Both the position numbers and the translations under genes were made by a program. The notes under the pieces were generated by a model. It had not been told where the DNA came from. It ran no database searches and saw only the letters and a program-made list of their open reading frames with translations. Below, piece after piece: positions 36,667 to 37,137 of a DNA stretch of 37,137 bases (position 1 is the first letter of the stretch; each line of letters starts with the position of its first letter). The stretch is from Phoronis australis (taxonomy: Eukaryota > Animalia > Phoronida), in assembly GCA_002633005.1 (NCBI GenBank), contig NMRA01000772.1, positions 1 to 37,137 of the forward strand, given 5' to 3'.

Positions 36667-37137
36667 AGCTAGCGAGGATGGTCACTCAGGTAGGAAGGAC
36701 GTTTTTTAAATTTTTTTTACAATACCCATGTGTCATACATTTTTGAAAAGCCCTTGGTGTGAGAAAAGAAATGGTGCAAAAATCAGAAAAATTGGATGAG
36801 CGGTTGACGAGAAAATGGCTGTTGAAACGCGACGATTATGCGTAAAATATCTGCCTTTTTACATAATTTCGTAAAAAATAAAAGAATATACATGTGCTGC
36901 ATATAAAAAGATTCGTCTCATTGAGACAAACATGGTGGTGTGTATTATATAAAATTTGGATCGATTTCTACAGAGATATTGCTGTTTAAGTGTGTTGTTA
37001 GCATATAGAACAGGCTCATCATGTTTGATGAAAACAATGGATTACACAGCTTAAAAGGTAAAGAGCAAAGACACCACATCAGCTCAGAAATAAATACATC
37101 TGAGCTAGGAGGAAATTTCACATCAAATCACAAGATC

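Overview
Intron-rich, AT-rich animal genomic DNA, probably a marine invertebrate draft scaffold. It has a 58-nt N gap at 7945-8002 and single Ns at 22447 and 31220. Three protein-coding genes are supported. (1) The 3' coding exon of the phosphate exporter XPR1 (+, 434-614). (2) A DUF229-family, alkaline-phosphatase-superfamily type II membrane protein (+), built from a start-codon micro-exon (11521-11530) and one 1.88-kb exon (14472-16354), about 630 aa. (3) PHYHD1 (-), eight identified coding exons between 33345 and 20201 giving 287 aa; the short N-terminal exon was not located with confidence. The rest is transposon debris and repeats: a decayed Penelope-like retroelement, two Penelope-type minimal hammerhead-ribozyme-like motifs, a TTAA-flanked Kolobok-like deletion derivative carrying THAP and P2X7-tail-like relics, a LINE 3' end, a tRNA-derived SINE followed by a palindromic minisatellite, many MITE-like inverted-repeat elements and satellites. 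Two tandem duplications meet exactly at single Ns and most likely represent two haplotypes assembled side by side. No prokaryotic system or CRISPR array is present, and I cannot establish a new biological system from sequence alone. The best leads are the hammerhead-like motifs, the MITE-bracketed DUF229 exon, the Kolobok relic and an unexplained, apparently spliced region at 7.1-8.9 kb. Family assignments come from recalled motifs, not database searches.
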